From assembly GCA_050287085.1 (NCBI GenBank), contig JBNKBE010000011.1:1-64000 (forward strand): a stretch of DNA of 64,000 nucleotides. The letters are read 5' to 3'. Made by a program: the position numbers and the translations under genes. Under the pieces are notes generated by a model. That model saw only the letters and a program-made list of their open reading frames with translations. It was not told where the DNA came from and did not search any database. Source of the DNA: Polyangiaceae bacterium (lineage in GTDB: Bacteria; Myxococcota_A; Polyangia; Polyangiales; Polyangiaceae). This document shows, one piece after another, positions 46,620 through 56,288 of this stretch. Each line of letters begins with the position of its first letter. Within the stretch, counting starts at the first letter, position 1.

Positions 46620-48068
46620 TTATTCGGACAGCACCCAGGTGTCTTTGCTGCCGCCCCCTTGTGAGGAGTTCACGACCAACGAGCCCTTCTTGAGGGCCAC
46701 CCTTGTCAACCCGCCCGGCTGTACAAAAACGTCACTTCCGTAGAGCGAAAACGGTCGCAGGTCCACATGGCGTGGCTCCAGAGTGTCACCAATGATCGTC
46801 GGCACCCTAGAGAGGCATAAAGTCGGCTGCGCGATATAGCCACGCGGATTGCTGCGAATCCGCACTGCGAATTCGTCGCGTTGTTCCGGCGTGGCGTGTG
46901 GACCAATCAGCATGCCGTAGCCCCCCGCCCCATCCGTGGCCTTCACCACGAGCTGGTCGAGGTGCGCAAGAATGTAGGCCCTTTGCGACTCATCGCCCGC
47001 AACATAGGTTGGAACATTGGGTAGGATCGCTTTCTCCCCCAGATAGAAGTCGACCATCTTTTCAACGTAGGCGTAGATCGCCTTGTCGTCCGCAATTCCC
47101 GTGCCGGGAGCATTGGCTAGGACCACCCGGCCCTCCAAATAGCTGCGCATGACGCCCGGTATTCCGAGCAAAGAATCGGGGCGAAACACCTCTGGATCCA
47201 AGAAGTCGTCCCCCACGCGACGATAGATAACGTCGACCCGCTGCAGCCCCTGCGTGGTTCTCATCATCACGTAGCCGTCCTGGACGACCAGATCCTGAGA
47301 CTCGACCAGCTCAACGCCCATCTGCTGGGCAAGGAAACAGTGCTCGTAGTACGCACTATTGTAGTGACCCGGCGTGAGCACCACGACCGTAGGATCGTCA
47401 GACAAGGCCTGACCGGCGTATCTGAGCGCCTCGAAGAGCTTCTGTGGGTAGTCGCCCACCGAACGTATCGACATCTCGTGAAACACCTTGGGAAAGGTCC
47501 GCATCACAAGCTGTCGGTTCTCGAGCACATAGCTGACCCCCGACGGACAGCGCAAGTTGTCCTCGAGGACGTAGAAGGTGCCGTCGCTGTGCCGCACCAA
47601 ATCCGTCCCGCTCACATGACACCAAATCCCTTGGGGAGGGCGAAAACCGATCAGCGGGTGTCGGAACTCCGCACTTGTCTGCAGCAAGTACGCCGGTAGC
47701 ACTCCTGCCTTGACGATCTCCTGCTTTCCGTAGACGTCGGAGAGGAAGGCGTTGAGCGCCTTCTGGCGCTGCACAATCCCCGCTTCGAGATGTTGCCACT
47801 CCGACGCCAGGAGCACCCGCGGGACCACGTCAAATGGGAAGATGCGCTCAGCTGCGTCCTCCCGGTCGTCCCGCAGCGTGAACGTGATCCCCATCGCGAG
47901 CAGCGATTGCTCCGCGGCCCGCTGTCGGCTCCGCAGCGCCTCGCCACCGAGCTTGTTAATGCCGTCTATCAGGGGTTCGAATCCGGGTCGTGCCGTCCCA
48001 CTCGCGAGCATCAGCTCGTCGTAGAATGAACCGTTTTCCGGGTCGTAGGTGTCGAGACTGAGTGACAT
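46620..48068 (-). CDS. Circularly permuted ATP-grasp type 2 protein
   Basis: FPFDVVPR, LEDNLRCPSGVSY, VIYRR, GGLTRVAL, NSSQGGGSKDTWV. Confidence 0.96.
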   Translation of the reverse strand: MSLSLDTYDPENGSFYDELMLASGTARPGFEPLIDGINKLGGEALRSRQRAAEQSLLAMGITFTLRDDREDAAERIFPFDVVPRVLLASEWQHLEAGIVQRQKALNAFLSDVYGKQEIVKAGVLPAYLLQTSAEFRHPLIGFRPPQGIWCHVSGTDLVRHSDGTFYVLEDNLRCPSGVSYVLENRQLVMRTFPKVFHEMSIRSVGDYPQKLFEALRYAGQALSDDPTVVVLTPGHYNSAYYEHCFLAQQMGVELVESQDLVVQDGYVMMRTTQGLQRVDVIYRRVGDDFLDPEVFRPDSLLGIPGVMRSYLEGRVVLANAPGTGIADDKAIYAYVEKMVDFYLGEKAILPNVPTYVAGDESQRAYILAHLDQLVVKATDGAGGYGMLIGPHATPEQRDEFAVRIRSNPRGYIAQPTLCLSRVPTIIGDTLEPRHVDLRPFSLYGSDVFVQPGGLTRVALKKGSLVVNSSQGGGSKDTWVLSE

Positions 48069-48187
48069 GGTGTGAGCGCAGCGCCGAGAGTCAACTTCGA
48101 AGTGCTGGCTGCAACGTATCGCTCACAATCTTTCCGGTGTGTTGCGAGTGAGTAGCAGATTGGGGTGCGGGCTCCGCAGCCGGCCCT

Positions 48188-48381
48188 CGGTCTCAACCGG
48201 CTCGCAACGTCGCTCCGGGGCCGGCTCCTGACCTTAGGACCCCCGAACGGGGTAGTCCTACTGCGCCGGCCGTGCCTCTTGCTGGGGCGGGCGGGCTCGT
48301 CGCTGTGCTCCGCGAGCTGCTTGTAGCCCTGCGGTGCTCGCTCGTCACGCGCCCACCTCGCGGCGGTCTCAACCGGCTCGC
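48188..48381. repeat. Pair of 18-bp intergenic direct repeats
   Basis: CGGTCTCAACCGGCTCGC at 48188-48205 and 48364-48381. Confidence 0.8.
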
Positions 48382-48406
48382 GACGGACTTTCCCATCCGC
48401 CACCCC

Positions 48407-50893
48407 TTAGAACGCGATGGGCGCGGCGTCAGCGAGCGCCACGTACGCCCAACCGGCATGGGCCAGCGGAACGAATACAGTCCGAGTTCCGATGTCCGAT
48501 ACCAAACGCTCGAAGACCGTGATCGTCTCCACAGCCTCACCAGTGCTCGAATAGACAACGGCGCTCACCGCCTCGCCGCCGATCGGCCCGTGAAAGACAT
48601 GCTTGCCCCACCGCGAATTGCCGTCCGCGTCAATATGGATCGGCAGAAAGTCGCCGAAGCGCGCGTCGTCAGCAACTCCGATAACGCGCTGGGCGGGTGT
48701 TACCCCATTGACCATCAGCAACGTATCGCTGATGCCGTGATAGGTATAATCGCTGAACCACGTGTCTTGGCAATAGCCCATGATATCCGTGAACGTCGGT
48801 GGAATCAGGCCGTCAAGGCGCACGTCCCAGCCCTCGACGCCGAGCTGACCCCCATTGTGGGCGCCGTCTTGCGGATAGTCCGGATCGACGCCATCGGTCA
48901 CCAAACACGGGGCATGCAGACGACCGTGATTATGTCCCACTTCGTGCAGCGCCGTACTCACGGTCGACTCGTGCGCAAAACCGAGCCCGATGGCGGCACG
49001 CGCGCTCGGATCCCAGAACACCCCATTGGTGGGGATGTACCCAACGCCACCGACACAACCGGAGAACGAGCAATAGTCGGCAAACGAGTCTTCCGGAGTC
49101 AGCAGACCATAGTAGTACACGTCGTCCGGAGCGTTGTCGTCGCTTCGCTTGTAAGCCACGTCCTCGAGCATCGTGTTCCAATCCAAGGTGTTCACGACCA
49201 ACGGCTGCTCGTCGACGGTAATCTCGATCCCACCAATCGGGTAGCTTGCCATGAAGCCAGCTCGGAAGGCTTCCAGCATAGCGTCATTGATGTCCGGACG
49301 ACGCCCCCCCACGTCGAATGCGAGCAGGCGCAGTTTGAGGGTGCCGGTGTCCGTAACGTGCAAGTCGAGCGCACCGGTATCCGGGAAGCGCGCGGTTGTC
49401 TCGATCGTGGGCTCCCCACCGCACTCGACGATCTCCAGGGCGAAGTGCGTATCGGCTTTCATGGCTTCAGCTGGCACCAGGAACTCAAAGGCCGTGCGGC
49501 GATCGTCCTGGTTGGAGTCCGCCCGTACTTGGATAGGCACTCGAGAGTAGATCCGTTCCAAGTCGCCTTCGTGGCTCAGCAACAATCGAGCTGAGAGCTC
49601 TCGAGCTTCGAATCCGGGGTCCACCTCGAACAATCCCCGTACCAGTGTTTCTCGTCCGGCCACGATCAAGGTGTCGCGCTCGGTGACCTCCTGACCACCG
49701 CGCGCAAGGTCAACGCGAATCGTCTGATACAGCCGGATGTCGCTAAACTGGATCCCGCGGGCCAGCCCTGCGCATCCATCTTCGCCGGGGGCTCCACTGG
49801 AGCAGACGCCTTCAACACACGCCTCAGCTTCACCGCAGGCCTGATCGCACGCTCCGCAGTGTGCCGCGGAGCTAGTGGTGTCGACACATGCTTCGCCGCA
49901 TGCGGTCAGCCCTGCCTCGCAGACGCAAGCCCCGTCAGCACAAGCCTGGCCCTCTCCGCAAGGGTTACCACACGCGCCGCAGTTGTCAGCGTCCACCTGA
50001 ACGTCGGTGCATTGGCCATCGCAGAGAGCGCTTTCCGGAGCACAGTTGCATTCGCCAGCAACGCAAACCTCACCGAGTCCGCAGGCGCTGCCGCAGGCGC
50101 CGCAGTTGTCGTCGCTGCTTTGGGTATCCACGCAACCATCAGCGCAGGACTCAAAACCCTCAGCACACGCGCACGTTCCGCCAGTGCAGACCTCTCCATC
50201 CGAACACGCGTTGCCGCAGCTACCACAGTGTTCAGACGAGGTCATCGGGTCAACACACGCGGCATCGCAAGCTTGCAAGCCTGCCGGACAGGAGCACTGC
50301 CCCAGGGTGCAGGTGGCGCCGCTGGCGCACGACTCACCGCAAACGCCACAATGCTCCGTCGAGGTCATCACGTCGACACACGCTCCTGAGCAATCCCGGA
50401 GCGGCGCGGCACACTGCGCAGCAGCCGCGCCGCTGGCTCCACCCAGCGGCCCGGCGCCGGCGCCACCGACTTGCTGCGAAAAGCTACCGCCCGCGCCTCC
50501 GCCTGGTGTGGGACCCGACGCTTCGCCAGTGCAGGCTGCGGTGAGCGCTAGGGCCGACGCCGCGGCCAGAAGCCGCTGCACCCACGGGGCTAACCCACCG
50601 CGCTCGCCCCCGACGCGATCGCCGCCGCGCACATGTTTACCCCAAAACAACGGCCCCGCGACAGACTCATCCGCTGCGGAGCGCAGCCGTCGTTCGAAAC
50701 GAAGGCTGCTGTCGTCGCAGTGCGACGCCACCCAGTCGTTCGTCGTACCGTCATCCGTCATGCTGCTATCTGTCATGCTACCGCTCTCGTCGCTACGGCT
50801 TCTGCTCAACATCCGACTACGGGCCTCGGCGGACATCTCCCCCACATCATGCCCTTCACACGAGACCGTCAGGCAGAACCACATCCCATTCAT
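48407..50893 (-). CDS. Lipoprotein with five Cys-rich repeats and C-terminal zinc metallopeptidase (M66-like); true start may be as late as 50581
   Basis: LTAAC lipobox, five C(V/T)D-x6-(H/N)CGxC units, HEVGHNHGRLH, DIMGYC Met-turn. Confidence 0.85.
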   Translation of the reverse strand: MNGMWFCLTVSCEGHDVGEMSAEARSRMLSRSRSDESGSMTDSSMTDDGTTNDWVASHCDDSSLRFERRLRSAADESVAGPLFWGKHVRGGDRVGGERGGLAPWVQRLLAAASALALTAACTGEASGPTPGGGAGGSFSQQVGGAGAGPLGGASGAAAAQCAAPLRDCSGACVDVMTSTEHCGVCGESCASGATCTLGQCSCPAGLQACDAACVDPMTSSEHCGSCGNACSDGEVCTGGTCACAEGFESCADGCVDTQSSDDNCGACGSACGLGEVCVAGECNCAPESALCDGQCTDVQVDADNCGACGNPCGEGQACADGACVCEAGLTACGEACVDTTSSAAHCGACDQACGEAEACVEGVCSSGAPGEDGCAGLARGIQFSDIRLYQTIRVDLARGGQEVTERDTLIVAGRETLVRGLFEVDPGFEARELSARLLLSHEGDLERIYSRVPIQVRADSNQDDRRTAFEFLVPAEAMKADTHFALEIVECGGEPTIETTARFPDTGALDLHVTDTGTLKLRLLAFDVGGRRPDINDAMLEAFRAGFMASYPIGGIEITVDEQPLVVNTLDWNTMLEDVAYKRSDDNAPDDVYYYGLLTPEDSFADYCSFSGCVGGVGYIPTNGVFWDPSARAAIGLGFAHESTVSTALHEVGHNHGRLHAPCLVTDGVDPDYPQDGAHNGGQLGVEGWDVRLDGLIPPTFTDIMGYCQDTWFSDYTYHGISDTLLMVNGVTPAQRVIGVADDARFGDFLPIHIDADGNSRWGKHVFHGPIGGEAVSAVVYSSTGEAVETITVFERLVSDIGTRTVFVPLAHAGWAYVALADAAPIAF

Positions 50894-51153
50894 AACATGT
50901 GAGTAGCGCGTGTTCGCGCCGGCCGCGACCTACATATCGCCCCCCCTAAATGAAGAGCGAAAAACGTTCCGCTCGCGACGCAAAAGTACCTCAACCCACG
51001 CTTCTACCAGCCGTTTTGGTATCTCTCCGGTGGCCGTCACGGTCATCCGGCTGAAAACGGGCCGTCCGCCATGCCGTTGCGCCGGGAGGACTGCTGATGA
51101 TGGCTCAACGTGGGCTTGCCCTCGGCGTCGCGCCACCAATCCCCGTCGAGTGC

Positions 51154-52095
51154 CTAGTTGAAGCCGAGTGGGGATGGCCGCCGCCCCTCTTCGGACACGA
51201 GCCAGCGCTGCAGTGAAGGCAGGCTACTCAACACGTCACCCACATAACACGTCGCCAGGTCTAACACCTCGCGAGCCCTCAGGATGCGACGATGGCCAAG
51301 CCCGCGTGTGACAACCACTCGGCAGCCCTCCCAATGCCTGGCGTAGGTGGCAGCGCACGCAAACGACACGTCGCGGTCTCCTTCGTCGTGCACCACCAGA
51401 AGCGGCGTCCGCATCTGGCGACCGATAGTGGCGATACGCTGATCCTCAAAACTCAAATGAGTCAGCCGTTGCAGGCGCTCGCGAAGTGCAGCCAGTCCAG
51501 GCTCCCCCAAGCCCAACAACGTAGAAAACGAGTAGGTTCCTAGGTCGAGAGCGTCGGGCGGCGCGATGTAGACAAGCGCGCCTGGCTCAAGACCGTGACG
51601 CAAGGCCAAGGTCACAGCTGGACAGCCAAATGAGTGAGCAACAACCGCCGCCGGCTCCCCGAGGCTACGCCGCAGCTCCGATATCGGCTCAAGCCAATCC
51701 AATAGAGTAGCCTGATGGCCCGGCGAGTCTCCGTGACCGCGGGCATCAAACGCAACAACCGACAGGCCCGCCTGGCGAAAGGGTCGCACAAAAGAGCCCA
51801 GTTGCGCGCCCCGCCCCTCCCAACCGTGCACCAGCAGCACCCAGGGTCCTGAGCCCCCCCAGGTCCAAGCTCGGCTGCCATTGCGGAGCGCCCACGGGCT
51901 TGCATCGGCGAGTACTTCCTTCTCCCACTTCGGGCGCTCGAAGCGCCGCGGTCGGATGAATGCGAAGGAGCTCAGCCACCCAGCGGTCCGCGGGGAGCAA
52001 GAAGCCAATACGCGCAGCGCGTCGAGCGCCAACGGGAGTTGGGGGTGTTCGTCAGCACGAACGTTCGTGCTCTTCTGTCGGGTGGATGTTGCCAT
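51154..52095 (-). CDS. Alpha/beta-fold hydrolase
   Basis: LLVHGWEG, FDARGHGDS, AHSFG, HDEGD, GLGH. Confidence 0.92.
   Translation of the reverse strand: MATSTRQKSTNVRADEHPQLPLALDALRVLASCSPRTAGWLSSFAFIRPRRFERPKWEKEVLADASPWALRNGSRAWTWGGSGPWVLLVHGWEGRGAQLGSFVRPFRQAGLSVVAFDARGHGDSPGHQATLLDWLEPISELRRSLGEPAAVVAHSFGCPAVTLALRHGLEPGALVYIAPPDALDLGTYSFSTLLGLGEPGLAALRERLQRLTHLSFEDQRIATIGRQMRTPLLVVHDEGDRDVSFACAATYARHWEGCRVVVTRGLGHRRILRAREVLDLATCYVGDVLSSLPSLQRWLVSEEGRRPSPLGFN
52054..52071. promoter_or_regulatory. Putative TetR operator, perfect 18-bp palindrome
   Basis: AGCACGAACGTTCGTGCT inside the first codons of the hydrolase gene. Confidence 0.7.
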
Positions 52096-52122
52096 ACAAC
52101 GTCTCCTAGAAATCGTGTCGCA

Positions 52123-52719
52123 TCAGCGCTGCGCTTTGGCGTCCCGAATCAGACGCTCAAAGGCCGCGCGCGCCCGCTGCTCCCAGCGAGGATCGCGAAG
52201 CAGCCTACGGTAATGATGCAGCGCGTAGAACAGCGCCTGCAGCTCGAAGGCAAAGTCTTCCGGGTCCAGCTCACGCCGAAAATGTCCAAGCTCCTGCGAC
52301 TGCTTGGCGCACCGCGCCAAGGTATCAGCCCAGCGTCGCTGAGCCTCCACAACGCGGTCCCGCACCGCCCCCGGCTGGTCGTCGAACTCCAATGCGGCCG
52401 CGATGAAAACACAGCCGCCGGGCAGATCGTCCAGGCCCGTCCAAGCCACATAGTTCTCAAAGAGGGCTCGAACCCTAGGTTCACCACGAGGCTGCCTGAA
52501 TGCTGGGCGAATAGCAAAGTCCACAAAGCGCTCGGCTGCCTGGTCCAAGACCGCAATCTGCAACTGCTGCTTCGAACCGAAATGAGCAAAGAGACCTGAT
52601 TTCGATAACTTGAGCTGACGCGCCAGCGTGCCTAGCGTGAGCTGAGACAATCCCAGCAGGCTCGCGCTGGTGAGAGCGGTTTCGACAATCCGCGCGCGGG
52701 TGGAGACGCCTCGAACCAT
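52123..52719 (-). CDS. TetR/AcrR family regulator
   Basis: LARQLKLSKSGLFAHFGSK, LPGGCVF. Confidence 0.94.
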   Translation of the reverse strand: MVRGVSTRARIVETALTSASLLGLSQLTLGTLARQLKLSKSGLFAHFGSKQQLQIAVLDQAAERFVDFAIRPAFRQPRGEPRVRALFENYVAWTGLDDLPGGCVFIAAALEFDDQPGAVRDRVVEAQRRWADTLARCAKQSQELGHFRRELDPEDFAFELQALFYALHHYRRLLRDPRWEQRARAAFERLIRDAKAQR

Positions 52720-52731
52720 GGCGCTCGATTT

Positions 52732-52749
52732 AGCACGACCGTTCGTATT
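52732..52749. promoter_or_regulatory. Putative TetR autoregulatory operator
   Basis: AGCACGACCGTTCGTATT, 15/18 match to the palindrome at 52054, 12 bp before the tetR ATG. Confidence 0.7.
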
Positions 52750-52851
52750 GGCAAGATCCCACTTACGTCTGGGAGTCGAATACACCCCCAGGGTGTGGCC
52801 TCCCACGCCACGCCACCAATTCGGCTCGGGTCTTCGCTCGCCCGCCAGCTA

Positions 52852-53526
52852 TCAGGCGGCGTGGGCCAGATGGATTTTTTCAGCCAAGCCAGCGCGGAAG
52901 AAGCGGCGAAGAAACTCGAGCGGATACCGCCCTGAGTGTGGCCGCGCGCGACGGCGAATCATGCGCAGACAGAGACGTGCCGCAAGATCGTTGGCGCGCC
53001 GGTACAAGACCCCGAGCTCGGTGTCTTGGGCGTGCAAGTAGGATACGCGCTCGAAAAGCCAGTGGTGCAGCCGTTCTGGGGCATGGGGCTGCGATACGTC
53101 CAGGACGTCCCATAATAAGGTGAACTTGTCCACCTCGGCCTGGAACTCAAGCTCAAGGTGTGACGTGGGGCGGTCGGTACGAGCCCGCTCCGCCAGGTGC
53201 ACGAAGTGGCTGACGCCTTCTACTACTTCCGCGTAGGCGTCACTGGTGGCCGGACTTCGCGTACCAAGATGACGCGGGAACACCACCTGCAGTTCGACCA
53301 CGCCATGTCGCTCACGGACCCATACCTTTTCGGAGTCGGCCTCAGCGACAAGGGTTGTGAAGCGTGTCACGTCGGGTGCGGGCTCAAGGGCGTATAAGGC
53401 CTGCAGGCGACGCTGCGTGTCGACCAGCAGCGGCCCCAACTCTCCAAGCTCAGCCGAGTCTCCGTCTGGAGTCGTCGCCCGCGCCTCGGTATCAAGACTG
53501 GGGGCAACATGCTCAGGTGTAGTCAT
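52852..53526 (-). CDS. Hypothetical protein with possible metal-binding motif
   Basis: EGVSHFVH and LELEFQAEVDKF. Confidence 0.75.
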   Translation of the reverse strand: MTTPEHVAPSLDTEARATTPDGDSAELGELGPLLVDTQRRLQALYALEPAPDVTRFTTLVAEADSEKVWVRERHGVVELQVVFPRHLGTRSPATSDAYAEVVEGVSHFVHLAERARTDRPTSHLELEFQAEVDKFTLLWDVLDVSQPHAPERLHHWLFERVSYLHAQDTELGVLYRRANDLAARLCLRMIRRRARPHSGRYPLEFLRRFFRAGLAEKIHLAHAA

Positions 53527-53793
53527 GGGGCTTGCAATGCGCGCGAAGGGCGCGCTGGATACTGTAGCTCAGCGGGGCGTGACCGCCACTGGGAGCGGCC
53601 TACCCAGCTCGCGAAGCCAGGACTTTGGGGACGGTACCATTGCGCCGTGTGTCCCTTCGGCGGTCACGGGGAAGGCGACGTGCCGGGGTCACGGGCCCAT
53701 GGGCCGCCCGTGGTGACCCCGGCCGCGACGGAATCGTCCGCAGCCGGCGTTAGAACCAGCAGACCGCACGCGTAGAACGCTCGAAGGAGTCCT

Positions 53794-54411
53794 ATGATAA
53801 AGCAACTCATTCCCCTGACCGTCGCCGCTGGCGTTCTGATCGCAGCCTCGGCAAGCGCTAGGCCCCCCGCTGCATCCTTGGCCGATCGACGTTTTGCGCA
53901 GCTGGACCGAAACGGCGACGGGCTGCTCTCCAGTGCCGAACTGCACCCCTCTATCTACACCGCTGTCAAGCGGGCCGACGTGAACGGCGACGGAACGATC
54001 AGCGGCGAGGAGATCCAACTCACCGCCAAGCTCTTTCACGAGCAACGCATCCGGAACGCATTGCGCCGCTTGGACGTAAACGGAAACGGTCGAGTGGACG
54101 ACGGCGAAGGTCTCGGCCAGCGGCGTTTCAGACGGCTCGACCACAACCGGGACGGTGCTGTTTCTCCCCAGGAGCTCGGAGCGCACGCGAAGCGCCCGAC
54201 CACGCTGGGCATCTTCGCGAAGTTGGACCGCAACGGAGACGGGCAGATCGATCGTCACGAAGCGGTCGCCCCAGGCGCCCGCGCTCTGGCCTCGGACACG
54301 AACGGCGACGGCTACCTCAGTCGCGAGGAGTTCCGGGCCGGCTACCGTGTACGAAAAAGCTTGGTCTCTCCGCCTCCCAGAAAGGAGAAAGGCGCCGGCA
54401 CCCCGCGTTGA
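53794..54411 (+). CDS. Secreted EF-hand protein
   Basis: AAGGAG RBS, signal peptide, six DxNxDG-type loops. Confidence 0.9.
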   Translation: MIKQLIPLTVAAGVLIAASASARPPAASLADRRFAQLDRNGDGLLSSAELHPSIYTAVKRADVNGDGTISGEEIQLTAKLFHEQRIRNALRRLDVNGNGRVDDGEGLGQRRFRRLDHNRDGAVSPQELGAHAKRPTTLGIFAKLDRNGDGQIDRHEAVAPGARALASDTNGDGYLSREEFRAGYRVRKSLVSPPPRKEKGAGTPR

Positions 54412-54992
54412 CCGCCTCCGGAGAAGACCCGTCGTTGACGATCCACAACCAGCACGCCCGCGACGCGGCGCTCATGTCACGCGTCGCGGGCGGCGAGGCC
54501 CAGGCGTTCCGTCAGTTGTCGGAGCTCTACCTGGAACGGCTCTATCGCCACGCCAAACGCACGTTGAAAAGCGATTCGGAAGCGGAGGACGTAACCCAAG
54601 AGGTGATGCTGCGACTGTGGCAGGCCGCGCCCGACTGGAAACCCCAGGCAAAAGTGGGGACCTGGCTCTATCGCGTCACACTCAATCTATGCATCGACCG
54701 CATCCGAAAGCGCAGACCAGAAAGCGACCAGGTCGACGAACTCGCCCACGACTCGATTCGCCCTGGACAGCTTCTCGAGCGTCGACAAGTCGCCGAGCAC
54801 GTACGCAGCGCGATTGGCGACTTGCCCGAACGACAGCGCCACGCGCTCGAGCTGTCGCACTTCGACGGCTTGGGCAATCCAGATGTCGCAGAAGTCTTGG
54901 GGGTCTCGGTGGAGGCGGTCGAGAGCCTGCTTTCCCGAGCCCGGCAGAAACTCAAAGCTGCTCTAGATGGCCTACAAGGAGCTGAACAATGA
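54408..54992 (+). CDS. ECF sigma factor
   Basis: AEDVTQEV, TWLYRVTLNLCID, LPERQR, AVESLLSRAR. Confidence 0.93.
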   Translation: MTASGEDPSLTIHNQHARDAALMSRVAGGEAQAFRQLSELYLERLYRHAKRTLKSDSEAEDVTQEVMLRLWQAAPDWKPQAKVGTWLYRVTLNLCIDRIRKRRPESDQVDELAHDSIRPGQLLERRQVAEHVRSAIGDLPERQRHALELSHFDGLGNPDVAEVLGVSVEAVESLLSRARQKLKAALDGLQGAEQ

Positions 54993-55297
54993 ACCGCCCT
55001 TACGATGATCTCGATGCAATCTTGGCCGACATCGCGGCGACCGAAAGGGACGAGCCCAGTGCAGCCCTGCGTCGGCAGGTCGCTGAAATACCGCTACGTC
55101 ACCCACGACCTGAACGCTACCGGCCCAACTTCGGGCGGTTGTGGACCTGGTCGAGCGCGGGTCTGTTTGCCCTTTGCCTCGGAGCTGGGAGCGGATGGTG
55201 GTTGCCTTCGGGGGCGCAGTCCGCCAACGACCAAGACGATTGGGACGAGTTGACCTCGATTGCGCTGGGAGAAGATCTGCTAGGAGGTGCACCATGA
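54989..55297 (+). CDS. Putative anti-sigma factor, single TM
   Basis: ATGA overlap with sigma gene; one hydrophobic helix. Confidence 0.65.
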   Translation: MNRPYDDLDAILADIAATERDEPSAALRRQVAEIPLRHPRPERYRPNFGRLWTWSSAGLFALCLGAGSGWWLPSGAQSANDQDDWDELTSIALGEDLLGGAP

Positions 55298-55734
55298 CGC
55301 GCTCCCGCTGGGCGATCGTGGCGCTGGTCTCGCTCGGACTGAATCTATTTGCCCTCGGCTTCTTCGTCAGTCGTGGTCTGAGAGAGCAGACGCGCCCGAT
55401 GGAACGTGCCCCCTTCGGCCTGCATCAGCTGCTGCGCTCAACTGAGAATTCGGCGCTCAGGACGACACTGCGCGCTCAGCTCGACGCGTTGCGGCCCCAA
55501 CGACAAGCCCTACGAGCAACGCGCCGCGCTGTGCGCGAGGCTCTGGAGGCAGAACCTTTTGATTCCGAGCGAGCTCGCAAGGCGCTCGAAGAGCTACGCG
55601 CGAAACGCTTGAGCCTGGAGGCGCAAATGCACAAGCTGCTCGTCGAGACCGCAAGTCAGCTCTCCGTTGGCGACCGAAAACGGCTGACGGAGCACAATTG
55701 GAGGCGTCGCGGACAAGGCCCCGCGCAACGCTGA
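55294..55734 (+). CDS. Periplasmic heavy-metal-sensor / CpxP-ZraP-like helical protein
   Basis: AGGAGG RBS, ATG 55294, LVSLGLNLF, PFD.ERAR.AL, LSVGDRKRL. Confidence 0.8.
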   Translation: MTRSRWAIVALVSLGLNLFALGFFVSRGLREQTRPMERAPFGLHQLLRSTENSALRTTLRAQLDALRPQRQALRATRRAVREALEAEPFDSERARKALEELRAKRLSLEAQMHKLLVETASQLSVGDRKRLTEHNWRRRGQGPAQR

Positions 55735-55806
55735 GCACGCCCTGTGCGCTCCGCACCCAAGACGATGGCACGCGGCCCACGCTGGGGCGAACCGGCCCGG
55801 GCGATA

Positions 55807-56049
55807 TCACCCGCACAAGCGACGGGCGGGTGCCGAAGCGGACAACACCGCCGACGGATGCAGGGACCGAGGCGCTTCTGACCTGACGCGGTTGCGACGA
55901 CGGTGGGCAAGCAGCAGCGGCAACGCGAGCAATCCTCCCGGAACCAGGAGAACAACCGCCCACAACGTCCACTTGATAAGACCCTTCTGCACCCGATACC
56001 ACCACGCCGAGCCCCAAAGCTCGAGCAAAGCAAGACAACCTACCGCCAC
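55807..56049 (-). CDS. Possible small membrane protein (start uncertain)
   Basis: KWTLWAVVLLVPGGLLALPLLLAHRRR in an otherwise empty gap. Confidence 0.35.
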   Translation of the reverse strand: MAVGCLALLELWGSAWWYRVQKGLIKWTLWAVVLLVPGGLLALPLLLAHRRRNRVRSEAPRSLHPSAVLSASAPARRLCG

Positions 56050-56288
56050 CTAGGCAAAACTCTTCACTCTCTATAAGCACGGCGTATGCCAAGGTTCCTG
56101 AAGCCTCCGCAAGGCTCGATTTGTGGAGGCGGCCTCCGCGCGGTGTGACGTTGCCGTCACACTGGCACACGCCTCCGCCGCTGCTGGCTGCGCCCTGAAT
56201 GCAACCGGTCCGACCTTGAGCGAGAGCCCCCGCGCCGAACGGGTTCACGTCGCCTGCTCAGTCACGCTGTGATAGCGTCGCGTTCGCG

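Noticed and set aside
48272..49594. 440-aa plus-strand ORF
   Set aside because: Antisense shadow of the metalloprotease, common in high-GC DNA
49800..50420. Cys-rich repeats as multiheme sites
   Set aside because: Motifs are HCGxCG, NCGxCG or HCGxCD, not CxxCH
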